Shown here piece by piece: positions 48,152 to 57,806 of a stretch of 64,000 bases of DNA; position 1 is the stretch's first letter, and each line of letters opens with the position of its first letter. The stretch spans positions 1-64,000 of the IMG/VR virus record IMGVR_UViG_3300024429_000007. One strand, 5' to 3'. A model generated the notes under the pieces. That model saw only the letters and a list, made by a program, of their open reading frames with translations. It did no database searches and had not been told where the DNA came from. Position numbers and translations under genes: made by a program. Source of the DNA: an uncultured virus (IMG/VR IMGVR_UViG_3300024429_000007) (Duplodnaviria > Heunggongvirae > Uroviricota > Caudoviricetes).

Positions 48152-50396
48152 TGACGCTCCCAAGTAAGGTCTGGTAGCTTTGTTTCAGAGGATAAGAATC
48201 CGGCATAATGTCCACCGCTGAAGAAATGTGATCCCGGGACTCTCGAAGAAGAATCAAACCCAATTCTGTTCTTGCCTGAACAAATTTCGGATCAAGCCGA
48301 ATTGCTTTTCTCAACAACTCGACTACTCCGTCTTCTCCCTTCTCTCGGAGATGAAGAGCCAATGAAAAAAGCAGGATCGGATCATTCGGAGTTTTTTCTA
48401 ATTCGGAACGAATCTTTGCCTCGTAGTCTCGCAGTTTTTCTTGAAGAAATTCTTCCTCTTTGAGAAAGCCCAGATGCACAATTCCCACGGGCGAAACTGA
48501 GACCGCTCCCGATACTTCGATATGCTCATGAATCGCTCCCGACCAACGAACCCGATTATCTAAATGAAACAGCCGCACACGCTCGGTAATCGTATGCCGC
48601 CCGTCCTTTCTAAGATTCTGGACCCAAAACATCCAGGCATCCGTAGGAAAGTCGAGCAACTTTCGAAGGATCGGCCAGCCCTCAAATCGTTCATCCGTAT
48701 CGAGAGAAAAAACCCAATCTTCTTGCGACTGCGAAAGAAGAAGATTTCGCTTAGCCGAAAAGTCTTTGCATTTCCCGAAGATTACTTCGACCTGGAAAAG
48801 CTTTTTAAGTTGATCGATGTCGGGAAGAATTGGGCTCCGATGATCGGGTTCGACAAAAAACTCTGGATCCCGATCGAGATAAATCAATCGTTGTTGAAAC
48901 GCTCCCCAAGATTCGAGTAGCACTTCGGAGAGATCGGCTAAATCCTCCAGTCTAGCTAAGATGTTCAGAGAGGCGTGTACTCCCGGTACATATTTTACGA
49001 GAAGCATCCGACTCTCATCGCGGAGATGCGAGTAGTCAGGAGCACCGATCCAATTGACATTCTTCTCTTGGTCTCCATCCTGGTAAAATTCAAACTTCCT
49101 TTCCCGCTGTTCTTCCGAATTGTATCCGTAATGCAAAACTCGAAGAGTAGTACCTCTTCGGCAATCCTCCGGGTACAAGGGGAACGATGAACAGTGTAGC
49201 CCTGGCAAGGACTGTCTGTTTCCGTGTCGGCTCAAACTCATTTCTGGCCCGATACGGAAAAGTTTTCCTCTCGTCATATCGGCCCAGAGACCGTCATTCC
49301 GATAATGGGTACGATTCCAGAAGGTGATCTCAGGAAAAATAATCTGCCGAATTGAGGGATCTGGAACTCGAACGAGGTCGTGGAGCTTTTGAAAGGTAAC
49401 ATATCCTTCAAGCTGCTCGTCGGAGTCCAAAGCCAATGCCCAATCGCAACCACATCCTTCCAACCACCCCAACAGGACCATCCGATCTGCGTATTCATCG
49501 AATCCCTGGTCCGGCTCCTTGTAGTAGTACCTCTTGATTTTTGGAAAATGTTGAATAATCTCACGTAACGGAGGGTCGGACCGATCATCGAAAACGTAAA
49601 TCACATCAACTTGCTTCGAAGTCTGTTCTAAGGAATCAATGAAATTATCTCTGTCATTATGCACCCGGTAAATTGCAACGATCTTCGGCTCCGGCCGGTA
49701 ATGCTTTTCGTAGTACCGAAATCGGTTATCAAAGACCCGTTCTTGACCTCCAAATTCCCGCTGAAAGGTCTGCCCTCCGCGGTGAAAAATGAAGACCTCT
49801 TTGTTCAGTAACGTTTTCCAGCCTTTTTCCCACGCCCGAATTTGATAGTCATCGTCCTCGAAACCACCCGGCCCCCACTCTTCAAGCTCTCCGACCTCAT
49901 TGATCATCTCAGAATCAAGCAGGGTGCAGAAAAATCCGAGAGTTCCGATTTCTGTAATCATGCCAGCATGTTCCGACCGGTGCTTTCTCGAAAAGTCTTC
50001 GAGCGCCCCCCTCTCAGGTACCACGACCTTCTGATGATTCTTGGCGTAATTGCTTACCGGACCCACAAAACCAACGCTCTTCCCGGCTCGTTCTTTCGTA
50101 TCGAGCAAGCCTTCGAGCCACCCTTCGGTAAGAACTATATCATTGTTCAAAAGAACAAAAACATTGCTTTCAACTATTTCCAGACCCGTGTTTATGGCGT
50201 GCCCGAAACCTCGGTCACGAACTCTCAGAACCCGGATACTCTGGCTTTCAAAGAACTCTGGAGTTCCGTCTGAACTCTCCGAATCAATTATGGTTAAACG
50301 GTACCGGCTGGTTGTCCTCTGTAAAGAATCGAACATCTGCACAGAATCGCTCAGACCATTTCTCGTTGGAACCAAAATATCAATTTTCAATTTCAC
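48132..50396 (-). CDS. multi-domain GT2 glycosyltransferase with TPR
   Basis: Three GT2-like units (NND/EDDD; DSDE; DFSAKRN/DTDE) and C-terminal TPR. Confidence 0.88.
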   Translation of the reverse strand: MKLKIDILVPTRNGLSDSVQMFDSLQRTTSRYRLTIIDSESSDGTPEFFESQSIRVLRVRDRGFGHAINTGLEIVESNVFVLLNNDIVLTEGWLEGLLDTKERAGKSVGFVGPVSNYAKNHQKVVVPERGALEDFSRKHRSEHAGMITEIGTLGFFCTLLDSEMINEVGELEEWGPGGFEDDDYQIRAWEKGWKTLLNKEVFIFHRGGQTFQREFGGQERVFDNRFRYYEKHYRPEPKIVAIYRVHNDRDNFIDSLEQTSKQVDVIYVFDDRSDPPLREIIQHFPKIKRYYYKEPDQGFDEYADRMVLLGWLEGCGCDWALALDSDEQLEGYVTFQKLHDLVRVPDPSIRQIIFPEITFWNRTHYRNDGLWADMTRGKLFRIGPEMSLSRHGNRQSLPGLHCSSFPLYPEDCRRGTTLRVLHYGYNSEEQRERKFEFYQDGDQEKNVNWIGAPDYSHLRDESRMLLVKYVPGVHASLNILARLEDLADLSEVLLESWGAFQQRLIYLDRDPEFFVEPDHRSPILPDIDQLKKLFQVEVIFGKCKDFSAKRNLLLSQSQEDWVFSLDTDERFEGWPILRKLLDFPTDAWMFWVQNLRKDGRHTITERVRLFHLDNRVRWSGAIHEHIEVSGAVSVSPVGIVHLGFLKEEEFLQEKLRDYEAKIRSELEKTPNDPILLFSLALHLREKGEDGVVELLRKAIRLDPKFVQARTELGLILLRESRDHISSAVDIMPDSYPLKQSYQTLLGSVNDFTQD

Positions 50397-50399
50397 ACC

Positions 50400-50987
50400 T
50401 CAGAGTTCGTAAGGTTCCCGGCTGACCACCACTTTCAAATGCGAAACGAAATTCGGAAAGCCCCTGATCGGAACAACCGATTCAACTTTATATTTCACTC
50501 CACTATCTAAAAATTCAAGTCCCTCTACAATATCATCCCTATTTGGAAAAAAATACTTAAACCGTTGACGTAGCGCGCGGGCTTCGCCCGGGACCTCGAC
50601 GGAAATTGTATAAGGATCGGCAGACTTATCCACCAAAATATCTTCTCCGGTTTCGGATCCGGTGGCCGGAGAACCATCTCCCCGCAAAGGATATACTTTA
50701 ACGTTTCCACCCAAATCGCCAGTCGCTGCAATCGAATCTAAGGTATCGAATAGCTGGAAGCCCCGGTTCTCAACTTCTGCTGTGAGGGCAACCGATTCGG
50801 AAACAGGTGTCGAATTCTTTTTTCCGGTTATATCGAATGTCAAGGTCTTCGCTTCTGACAACGTGAAGGCAAGACAAGAACCGGCTGGTATCGCTGAAAA
50901 TGGGAGGGTGCTTTGGACTGGGCCGTCGTAAATTTCGAAGCGGCGATGGAGAAGCGTGATCTTTGTCTTAAAAAAGGGCTTCAGCAT
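50400..50987 (-). CDS. head-closure-like protein
   Basis: Position; C-terminal DI..G..YKVESV. Confidence 0.6.
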   Translation of the reverse strand: MLKPFFKTKITLLHRRFEIYDGPVQSTLPFSAIPAGSCLAFTLSEAKTLTFDITGKKNSTPVSESVALTAEVENRGFQLFDTLDSIAATGDLGGNVKVYPLRGDGSPATGSETGEDILVDKSADPYTISVEVPGEARALRQRFKYFFPNRDDIVEGLEFLDSGVKYKVESVVPIRGFPNFVSHLKVVVSREPYEL

Positions 50988-50988
50988 T

Positions 50989-51522
50989 TCAAATCACCAT
51001 GCCGTACCGTACCAAAATCTCTATGGCGAGCGGAGGCAATGCACGCTTACGCTCGAAGGAACGATCGTCCAATTTCTGTTTCGTGATGCTGGTATCGCCG
51101 ATCTCCATCCGATCTTCGATAATGGCAAAGGCAGCGATCTTCAACATCTTTGGGATAGTAGTATACCCCGCAGGATATGTTATGTCGAAAATATCTGTCG
51201 GAATAGTCGCATCGGAACTAATACCATCCCAGTAGTCCGTTTGCAACATCACCAGTCCCGCCGCAAGATCTTCATCGAGTGGTGTGACAGTAGTTCCGGC
51301 CTTATTCGTCAAAGATGTTATGGAAACAACCGGATAGTTACTGAGACGTAGAACGAGATTCGGAAAGCGCAAGAAGATTTTCTCGGTGTAAGTAGCTAAA
51401 TCGAAAACTCTTCCGCAAAGATCTGGGATCAGTTCATTGATCGCTTCAGTAACCATCGTCAATTTGAAGCTCTCTGTCATATTTAGGAATTGAATGACCT
51501 CTTCAAGAGATACAATCGCCAT
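50989..51522 (-). CDS. head-tail adaptor protein
   Basis: IVSLEEV..FL, CGRVF, YPVVSITS, ITYPAGY..IP. Confidence 0.8.
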   Translation of the reverse strand: MAIVSLEEVIQFLNMTESFKLTMVTEAINELIPDLCGRVFDLATYTEKIFLRFPNLVLRLSNYPVVSITSLTNKAGTTVTPLDEDLAAGLVMLQTDYWDGISSDATIPTDIFDITYPAGYTTIPKMLKIAAFAIIEDRMEIGDTSITKQKLDDRSFERKRALPPLAIEILVRYGMVI

Positions 51523-51534
51523 TACCGCCTCCGC

Positions 51535-52008
51535 TTACCTCTTCCTTTTCTTTCGCCCGGGGCGTCCCGACCTCGTTACCAGTACCTCGACATCCTCTAC
51601 GGTCAAGGCGGTCTCCTCGGTCGGAGGTTCGGCTTGACTCTGATCATCACTTTTCTCTTCGGGCGACTCATCCAACTCAAATGTCATGGGACTTGGCGTC
51701 TCCCCTTCAGCCGTCTCGACTTCAATCGTCTCGACTTCAATCGTCTCGACTTCAGCCGTCTCGGTCTCAGCCGTCTCGACTTCAATCGTCTCGGTCTCAG
51801 CCGTCTCAACTTCGGTGTTTTCAGCGTCCGGCAGGACTTCCGGTACTTCCGGCACTTCCACGAAACTCCCCTTCCGAGGCGTTTTCAGAGCGATGATCGA
51901 ATTCGGATGAGTAACCTTGGCATAACCTTTCTCGACAGTTACGACTTCATCGTAAGTCCAAATCTGAAACCAGGCGATCTTTGAAAACTTCTCAGAATAC
52001 ATTCTCAT
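51535..52008 (-). CDS. acidic Thr/Glu-rich protein after the capsid gene
   Basis: ETAE/ETIEV repeats, basic tail. Confidence 0.7.
   Translation of the reverse strand: MRMYSEKFSKIAWFQIWTYDEVVTVEKGYAKVTHPNSIIALKTPRKGSFVEVPEVPEVLPDAENTEVETAETETIEVETAETETAEVETIEVETIEVETAEGETPSPMTFELDESPEEKSDDQSQAEPPTEETALTVEDVEVLVTRSGRPGRKKRKR
51706..51810. repeat. 15-bp tandem repeat, 7 units
   Basis: ttcaatcgtctcgac / (t/c)tcagccgtctcg variants. Confidence 0.85.
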
Positions 52009-52025
52009 CTCAAATCCTCCACAAA

Positions 52026-52066
52026 GAAGAGACTCGTAGAAGTTTCGTCTTCCAAAACGTCTCTTC
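52026..52066 (-). terminator. hairpin downstream of the capsid gene (terminator or stabiliser)
   Basis: GAAGAGAC..GTCTCTTC inverted repeat followed by TTT on the minus strand. Confidence 0.55.
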
Positions 52067-52087
52067 AGTAAAATTCAGGACCTGCGC

Positions 52088-53233
52088 TTAGCCGATCTTA
52101 ACTCCGGTCAGCTTGGCTTGAGGCAGAGGATTCGACAACACGACGGTAACGTCCTCGAAGATGTCGAAACTCGTGTACTGACTCGAAAGCTTGATCTCTT
52201 CATACGTCAGCTTCTGGCGCTCACCGACCCACAGAAAATCCCAGTTAAGCGCGAAGAGAGTCGTCGTAGATCCGGTGATGATCGTGGTCAACAGATTGGT
52301 CGTTGCGAGTGACGCGCTGATAGTCACCGTCGTATTCGGCGATGAATAAGAGACAACCGAGATGGTAGCGGCGATGATGCCGTCTGCCCCGCAATCCATG
52401 TTGACCGTGGCCCCAACCTTATAGTCCAGACTCACATCACCGACAATGGTGAACTGAGTCCCGGAGACGTAGGTTGACACCAACCGTTGCGCGGCGTACC
52501 CATCAGCATTGAGACCGATCGTATCCGGGACATTCGAAGAGGTAAAGATCGGAATTTCGAGGTACGAGGGTACCCGGAATCCGCCCTTCACGTCCATCAT
52601 GTCCAGGAACATCTGCTGCGGCTGAAGTGCGCTCGACAACTGACGCCGAGCAGCCAACGACATAATCAGCATCTTCGGCTTAAACGGTGCGCACTTGTCG
52701 ATGAACTCATCCATCTTGGCGAGAGTGAGTGCCGCCCCGACCGCGGTATTCGCTATCCGAAGAGTCCGAGCGTCGGTGATCAACGTGTCGATCCCGTCGT
52801 ACTCGTAATTCTCGTTCGGAGCCGCGAAATGCTTCGCCCAGATCATGCACCACTCTTCCTTGTTCTTGAACTCCAGAATCCTCTGTTCAATCTCCTCGGT
52901 CTTCAGATCAAGCTGATCCTTGGTGGCGAGAACTGCGGTACGCATGATCTCACCGTTGACGCCAATGGTCCGATACGTGAATTCCTGATCGGCGTAGGTG
53001 CCCTTTCCGCCGGTGGTAAATGTCTTCGTATCGGGGCTGTAGAAGGCAATCTTATTGTCAGTAGCAGGAGTCCTCTGCACGAGAATCCAGGATTTGCCCG
53101 AACCTGTCCGTCTGGGCATGTTCGCGCGAATCGGATTGTCGAATGTTGCCAGGTGTTGGATCACCCTGTCGATCTCTTTTGGAACCAAGACATCGACATC
53201 GCTTAACTTCAACGCTTTCTCGATCTGATCCAT
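52088..53233 (-). CDS. major capsid protein (HK97 fold)
   Basis: Follows protease/scaffold; LVPKEID, EE..IW, YDGI, LTLAKMD, Y..IPIF. Confidence 0.85.
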   Translation of the reverse strand: MDQIEKALKLSDVDVLVPKEIDRVIQHLATFDNPIRANMPRRTGSGKSWILVQRTPATDNKIAFYSPDTKTFTTGGKGTYADQEFTYRTIGVNGEIMRTAVLATKDQLDLKTEEIEQRILEFKNKEEWCMIWAKHFAAPNENYEYDGIDTLITDARTLRIANTAVGAALTLAKMDEFIDKCAPFKPKMLIMSLAARRQLSSALQPQQMFLDMMDVKGGFRVPSYLEIPIFTSSNVPDTIGLNADGYAAQRLVSTYVSGTQFTIVGDVSLDYKVGATVNMDCGADGIIAATISVVSYSSPNTTVTISASLATTNLLTTIITGSTTTLFALNWDFLWVGERQKLTYEEIKLSSQYTSFDIFEDVTVVLSNPLPQAKLTGVKIG

Positions 53234-53308
53234 CTCACCAGACTCCTATCGATTGTTGTGAGTTACTTCTGAAAATAACTGACTGACGGGGAGAAACGCA
53301 TATCCGCG

Positions 53309-54730
53309 CTACTTCCCCTCCAACTTCCCAAACAGGAACCCGAGCTTATCCCGAGGCTCCAAGTCCTGATACGCCTTATCCTCGGTGAAAGGCTTCTTCT
53401 CCTGATCTCGCCGCTCCCCTTCTCTCGTCAAACCCTTTCGAATGGGAAGCTTTGACATTACTTGCGAAAGTTTTTCCACTTCCGTCTTCATTGTGACCAC
53501 CTGCTCGGCCATCTCAACGAGCCGATCGCTCTCGATCTGGGAGGCGGCGTCCTTAACGCTCTTTTGAACCTCCTGCAGAGTCTCCTCGATGGCATTGACG
53601 ACCTCGTCGGTGGACTTTTTCTTCTCCTCCCCCCCTTTCCCCTTCTCCTTCTTCTCTCCCTCTCCCTTCTCAACCGCTTTTGAAAGCTCCTTCAGCGTAT
53701 TGAGAACAGCAGTGAGAGGGCCACGATCTGCTTCGGGAAGATCGGCGATTTGCTTCTCCAGGCCTTCTGTCATCCCCGCAGCGATCTCCCTGGACTTCTG
53801 AAGTGCGGCGTCCTTTGCATCCTTTATGGCCTTCTCCGCGGCTATCCTCACAGCGTCCTCTTCCTCTTTCGACTTCTGCTGTGGGGCAGGATATTTTGTT
53901 TCCACAGCTTCGACCAAGGCGATCACGTCGTCAACGAGCTTCTGGGTACCCCCTTCCACTTGGCCACGCAGATTCTTCAGGGCAGTCAGAACCTTCCCGA
54001 TCTGACTCTTCAGGTCGTTCTCAACCTCCTCCTCGCCACCGCCCTCGTCTTTCTTGACCTCGACCTCGATCAGATCCATGATCTTCTCGATATTGCCCCA
54101 TTGCTCATCCTCTGCCGTGAGCCCAAGCAGATCCCGGATCGCCTCTTTCGCAGGACCTAAGCCGATCTTCTCCAGATCCTTGATTTCCATTGGAAGTCCT
54201 CCTCCGTTCCTCTTCATTTTCTCGACATAGTAAGACAGGATTTCAGCAGTCTTCAGCGTCGGGACTGAAACTATCGAGACCTCGGCACCTTCGTAAGCAA
54301 TTGCCTCCTCGATAATCCCTCGGCGTTTGTCCTGCGTCGAGCGCGACTCAGCTATCCCCTTGATCGAAAGCTTATTCAGAACCTTCTCTTTGATCTTCTG
54401 CCAGATATCAGGAACAGTCTTCGAAATCAGAATTTTAAGCCATGCACCCCAAATCTCCGGTTCTTTTTGAACCAAGACGACCTTTGCCTCCTCGATTGCT
54501 CCGATCTCTTCATCTTTCAGATGATTATGGAGAACAGTGGTTAAGACGCGAGCATCCCTAACCAAGTCCTCCAAAGCAGGCTTAGTCATCCTAAAGTTTT
54601 CACTGTCGATTTCATCGGTCGAAGCAAGGGCTTCGACGTACCACTTTCCTTCTTTTTCGTACTCCTTGTAGTGGTCCTTCTGAATCGGGTCCTTAAACGA
54701 TAAGTTTTTCTGAATCAGCTTCTTGTCCAC
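53309..54730 (-). CDS. prohead protease-scaffold fusion
   Basis: ASTDEID, LHNH, LSIKG, EVSIVSVP, then a long charged coiled coil; GTG start with GAGGAGG. Confidence 0.85.
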   Translation of the reverse strand: MDKKLIQKNLSFKDPIQKDHYKEYEKEGKWYVEALASTDEIDSENFRMTKPALEDLVRDARVLTTVLHNHLKDEEIGAIEEAKVVLVQKEPEIWGAWLKILISKTVPDIWQKIKEKVLNKLSIKGIAESRSTQDKRRGIIEEAIAYEGAEVSIVSVPTLKTAEILSYYVEKMKRNGGGLPMEIKDLEKIGLGPAKEAIRDLLGLTAEDEQWGNIEKIMDLIEVEVKKDEGGGEEEVENDLKSQIGKVLTALKNLRGQVEGGTQKLVDDVIALVEAVETKYPAPQQKSKEEEDAVRIAAEKAIKDAKDAALQKSREIAAGMTEGLEKQIADLPEADRGPLTAVLNTLKELSKAVEKGEGEKKEKGKGGEEKKKSTDEVVNAIEETLQEVQKSVKDAASQIESDRLVEMAEQVVTMKTEVEKLSQVMSKLPIRKGLTREGERRDQEKKPFTEDKAYQDLEPRDKLGFLFGKLEGK

Positions 54731-54743
54731 TCTCAAAACCTCC

Positions 54744-57700
54744 TCAAGTCTCACCGCCAGGCTCTGCTGGCGTTCTCTCGACGTACCAATGATCCTCCGC
54801 ACGCTTAAAGAGAAACACTCCTTTCAGTTTCTTGCCCTTAAACTGAATCTTTTTCAACTCAGGCTTGTCGATCAGCATAATCGCTTTCCCAGAACCCAAA
54901 AGTCGAATGAACGATGGAGTATCCGTCGTCGGATTCAGGGGAGTCCCGGGCTTGACATAGCCAGTCTTCCGGTACTCTTCATTGCCCCAATTATCTTCCC
55001 GAATCATTCCGCCAGTCTCGTCAGCCTCTAATATATTATCATTCAGCTTAAAAATCAAGTACTTTTCTCCGGTTTTGATCCAGAGCAAGAATCTTTCACG
55101 TGTCGGACCCTCCCGGACAACCTTCGGACCCTTCCAAAACTGATACGTGAATCGAAATTCGGTCACGGCAGCTTTCGAAACTCCGACAGACTCGGGTTTG
55201 GAATCCTTCTCGGATTTAAGTCGTTCAAGAAAAACTTCAAACTCTTTAGCAGCACCTTTGATCTCTTCACTCGCAAAATACTCCGCCAGTTGCTCTTTAA
55301 TGTTCGGATTCCGATTGTCGGCAAATTTTTTCGCTGCCTCGCCGTCTTTGACGAGCTTCACATAATCAACGTCATCGCCTTTTCCGGACCACGGATTGGT
55401 CTCCTTCCCAAGCCACTTCACAAAGCAAGGCCAGCAGAACCAAGCGTGCCCGTGACCATTTGCCCAGATAATCTCGAGTACCGGCTTATGAGAGCATTCC
55501 ATACACGTGTCATGGCGATGACGAGCTTTCTCGATTGCTTCCCATTCGTCTCTTCTCGACCCGACCCAGAGAACCTCGACCGGCGCTTCCTTCTCGACAG
55601 ATTTCCCAAAAGGATCCCGGTCCCCCTTCTGAGCTTTACTCAGGATCCCTTCCTCTTTCCATCTTTTGACCAAAACCTTTCGCATTTCGAATGCCTTCGG
55701 CTTATCCTTCACCGTCCAATACTCTTCTTCCGTCTTAACGTGTTTTCTCCAATGCTTCGGAAGCGCACTAATGGTCGGCGGTGGAAGGAAACCCTGCTCG
55801 ATGGCTCGGTTCGAAAGGACGTAAGGAATCTGATCGTCGGGATTGATACAAAGCCACCCGAGCTCTGGACCCAGACCTTCTTCCTTGCCGGGCGGAATGA
55901 CGAAAGCTTTCAGAATATCTTCTTCTTTCAGTCCCCTATTCATCGGATCATCGACTGAAACTTCCGATTCCGCGGGCAGACCCATTTCTTTCATGACCTC
56001 AATCAATTGCGGTTCGATCCATTGCCGGATCTCCTCATCGGTCATTCCCTCACCCTTCAAAACTGCAAAAGCCCGGCTGTTCAGATCCGCTATGTGATTC
56101 CACAACACTTCGCTGCCGAGAATCTCCTGTTGATCGGGCTCATCATCAGATTTTTTCGTCTTCCAGGCTCGAAGCTGACGGAAAAAGAATCGTCCCTTCT
56201 TAAGAACCTTCCCATCAAAAAAATATTCGTGGAGCCACGGCTTTTGCGAAAGGTACTCCGCCTTCCCCCGATCGACAATAACAAATACCCCGGGAAATTC
56301 CTTCGTCGCTCCGAGGACTCCTGGTTTAACGACACCTTCAAATGTCATCCAACTTTTCGGTTCCGGAGATTTGCGAGTCGCAACCAATTCGACTCGAACT
56401 GTCGTTCCTGGTTTCGTACTTTTCTTCTCTCTCTCCGCCCACTCGCCCGTCTGCAAATTGATTTTGTAGTATTTCGTAGAATCGGCATTGATCTTTCTCA
56501 AATCGCCCATCGAGAGAATCGGTTCTTTGATCGCACCTTCTCTTTGAATCATTAGGGTCCATCCGACCAAGAACTCCTTTCCCAGGCTTTGAATTCGCAA
56601 ATCCGCGTGGACCGATCGCCCTCTCGCGTGAGTGTGCATCATATAACTGTAGTCCCCGCTCTCGTCGGGGTAAACGCTAAAGGGATCGGCTTTCGCTTTT
56701 TCAATCTCTGCTTTTTCTTGTTCCTCTCCCTCCGACTTCCGAACGGAGACCCAGAGGATCTCCGACATTCTTCTTTTGTTCTGCTGTGCTGATGGTAAGC
56801 TGGCTGCGATTGCTCCGGAACCAGTCAGAGCGAAGCGTTTCTGACTGGCCTGGCGCTTCGTTCTTTCAAAAAGCGCTTTCCATTTGATCGGACAGGCGGG
56901 ACTAGTCGAAACAAAGAGATATTTGCAATGCCCGGCCAACTTTTCAGCAAGCGCCTGTACCTGATCCTGGGTAACTTCTTTCTTATCCCAATCCTTCTGA
57001 AGTAGAATCGCATTCAACTTTCCAAACTTTGTGATGTACTTGAACAGTTTTTCCGAGTACGGTGGATCGAAGTAAATCATATCGACCGAGGGAATCTCCA
57101 TCGTCAAGGCGTCTAAATTGGTAACTGTCCCCTCGATTTCGAAAGAACGTAGTTGCTTCGCGTAAAATCCGAGCTTGGATTTGAATTCTGCAAAACTCCA
57201 TTTTCGATACGGTCCGCCAAACGACCCAAACCAATTCAAGAGGCAGGCAGACAACACTCCAAGATAGTAATGTCCAAACTTCGCCTCCCTCGCCCGAAGG
57301 ATATATCCATCTATAAACTTCTGAGCATGCTTCCTACCAGCCAGGATTGGAAAGAGTTTTTTTGCATTTTGAAAATAGTACCCCTCGACTTCATTTACAG
57401 ATTTAAGAAATGCTTTGAACTCTTCTTCGTTCGGCTTATTTTTCAAAAACATCGCCCGGGCGGTATAAAAAGGCGCCGTCGAGTAATCGTTTGCAATGAT
57501 CCTCTTTCCTTGCTTCGCCATCTCCGCTAAAAACAGAGCAGTCCCACACATTGGATCGAAAATTGTTTTGACATCCTCCGGAACCAATTTCGCAAATTGA
57601 TTCTTTAGTCTCCCCTTGCTTCCCAAATAGAATATCTTCTCGATGTCAAGAAAATCGGCCTTCAGCGTTAAGGGGTCAGCTAGATCGAAACCTTCGAAGT

Positions 57701-57797
57701 CGGGAATTGTCCGTGCGAAAACTTCAGTTGGAATGGAGAAGTGAACATTGTCCCCCTCGATTTTCAGAATTTTGGCTCGATATTTGACTCTCCCCAT
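54744..57797 (-). CDS. multidomain protein: D12-class adenine methyltransferase plus LigD 3'-phosphoesterase-like domain(s)
   Basis: YLGSK, DPMCGT, ND, YFDPPY; YMMHTH..SVHADLRI..GW. Confidence 0.75.
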   Translation of the reverse strand: MGRVKYRAKILKIEGDNVHFSIPTEVFARTIPDFEGFDLADPLTLKADFLDIEKIFYLGSKGRLKNQFAKLVPEDVKTIFDPMCGTALFLAEMAKQGKRIIANDYSTAPFYTARAMFLKNKPNEEEFKAFLKSVNEVEGYYFQNAKKLFPILAGRKHAQKFIDGYILRAREAKFGHYYLGVLSACLLNWFGSFGGPYRKWSFAEFKSKLGFYAKQLRSFEIEGTVTNLDALTMEIPSVDMIYFDPPYSEKLFKYITKFGKLNAILLQKDWDKKEVTQDQVQALAEKLAGHCKYLFVSTSPACPIKWKALFERTKRQASQKRFALTGSGAIAASLPSAQQNKRRMSEILWVSVRKSEGEEQEKAEIEKAKADPFSVYPDESGDYSYMMHTHARGRSVHADLRIQSLGKEFLVGWTLMIQREGAIKEPILSMGDLRKINADSTKYYKINLQTGEWAEREKKSTKPGTTVRVELVATRKSPEPKSWMTFEGVVKPGVLGATKEFPGVFVIVDRGKAEYLSQKPWLHEYFFDGKVLKKGRFFFRQLRAWKTKKSDDEPDQQEILGSEVLWNHIADLNSRAFAVLKGEGMTDEEIRQWIEPQLIEVMKEMGLPAESEVSVDDPMNRGLKEEDILKAFVIPPGKEEGLGPELGWLCINPDDQIPYVLSNRAIEQGFLPPPTISALPKHWRKHVKTEEEYWTVKDKPKAFEMRKVLVKRWKEEGILSKAQKGDRDPFGKSVEKEAPVEVLWVGSRRDEWEAIEKARHRHDTCMECSHKPVLEIIWANGHGHAWFCWPCFVKWLGKETNPWSGKGDDVDYVKLVKDGEAAKKFADNRNPNIKEQLAEYFASEEIKGAAKEFEVFLERLKSEKDSKPESVGVSKAAVTEFRFTYQFWKGPKVVREGPTRERFLLWIKTGEKYLIFKLNDNILEADETGGMIREDNWGNEEYRKTGYVKPGTPLNPTTDTPSFIRLLGSGKAIMLIDKPELKKIQFKGKKLKGVFLFKRAEDHWYVERTPAEPGGET

Positions 57798-57806
57798 CTC
57801 TTCTCC

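Noticed and set aside
51706..51810. Tandem repeat as a CRISPR array
   Set aside because: No spacers; in-frame coding repeat
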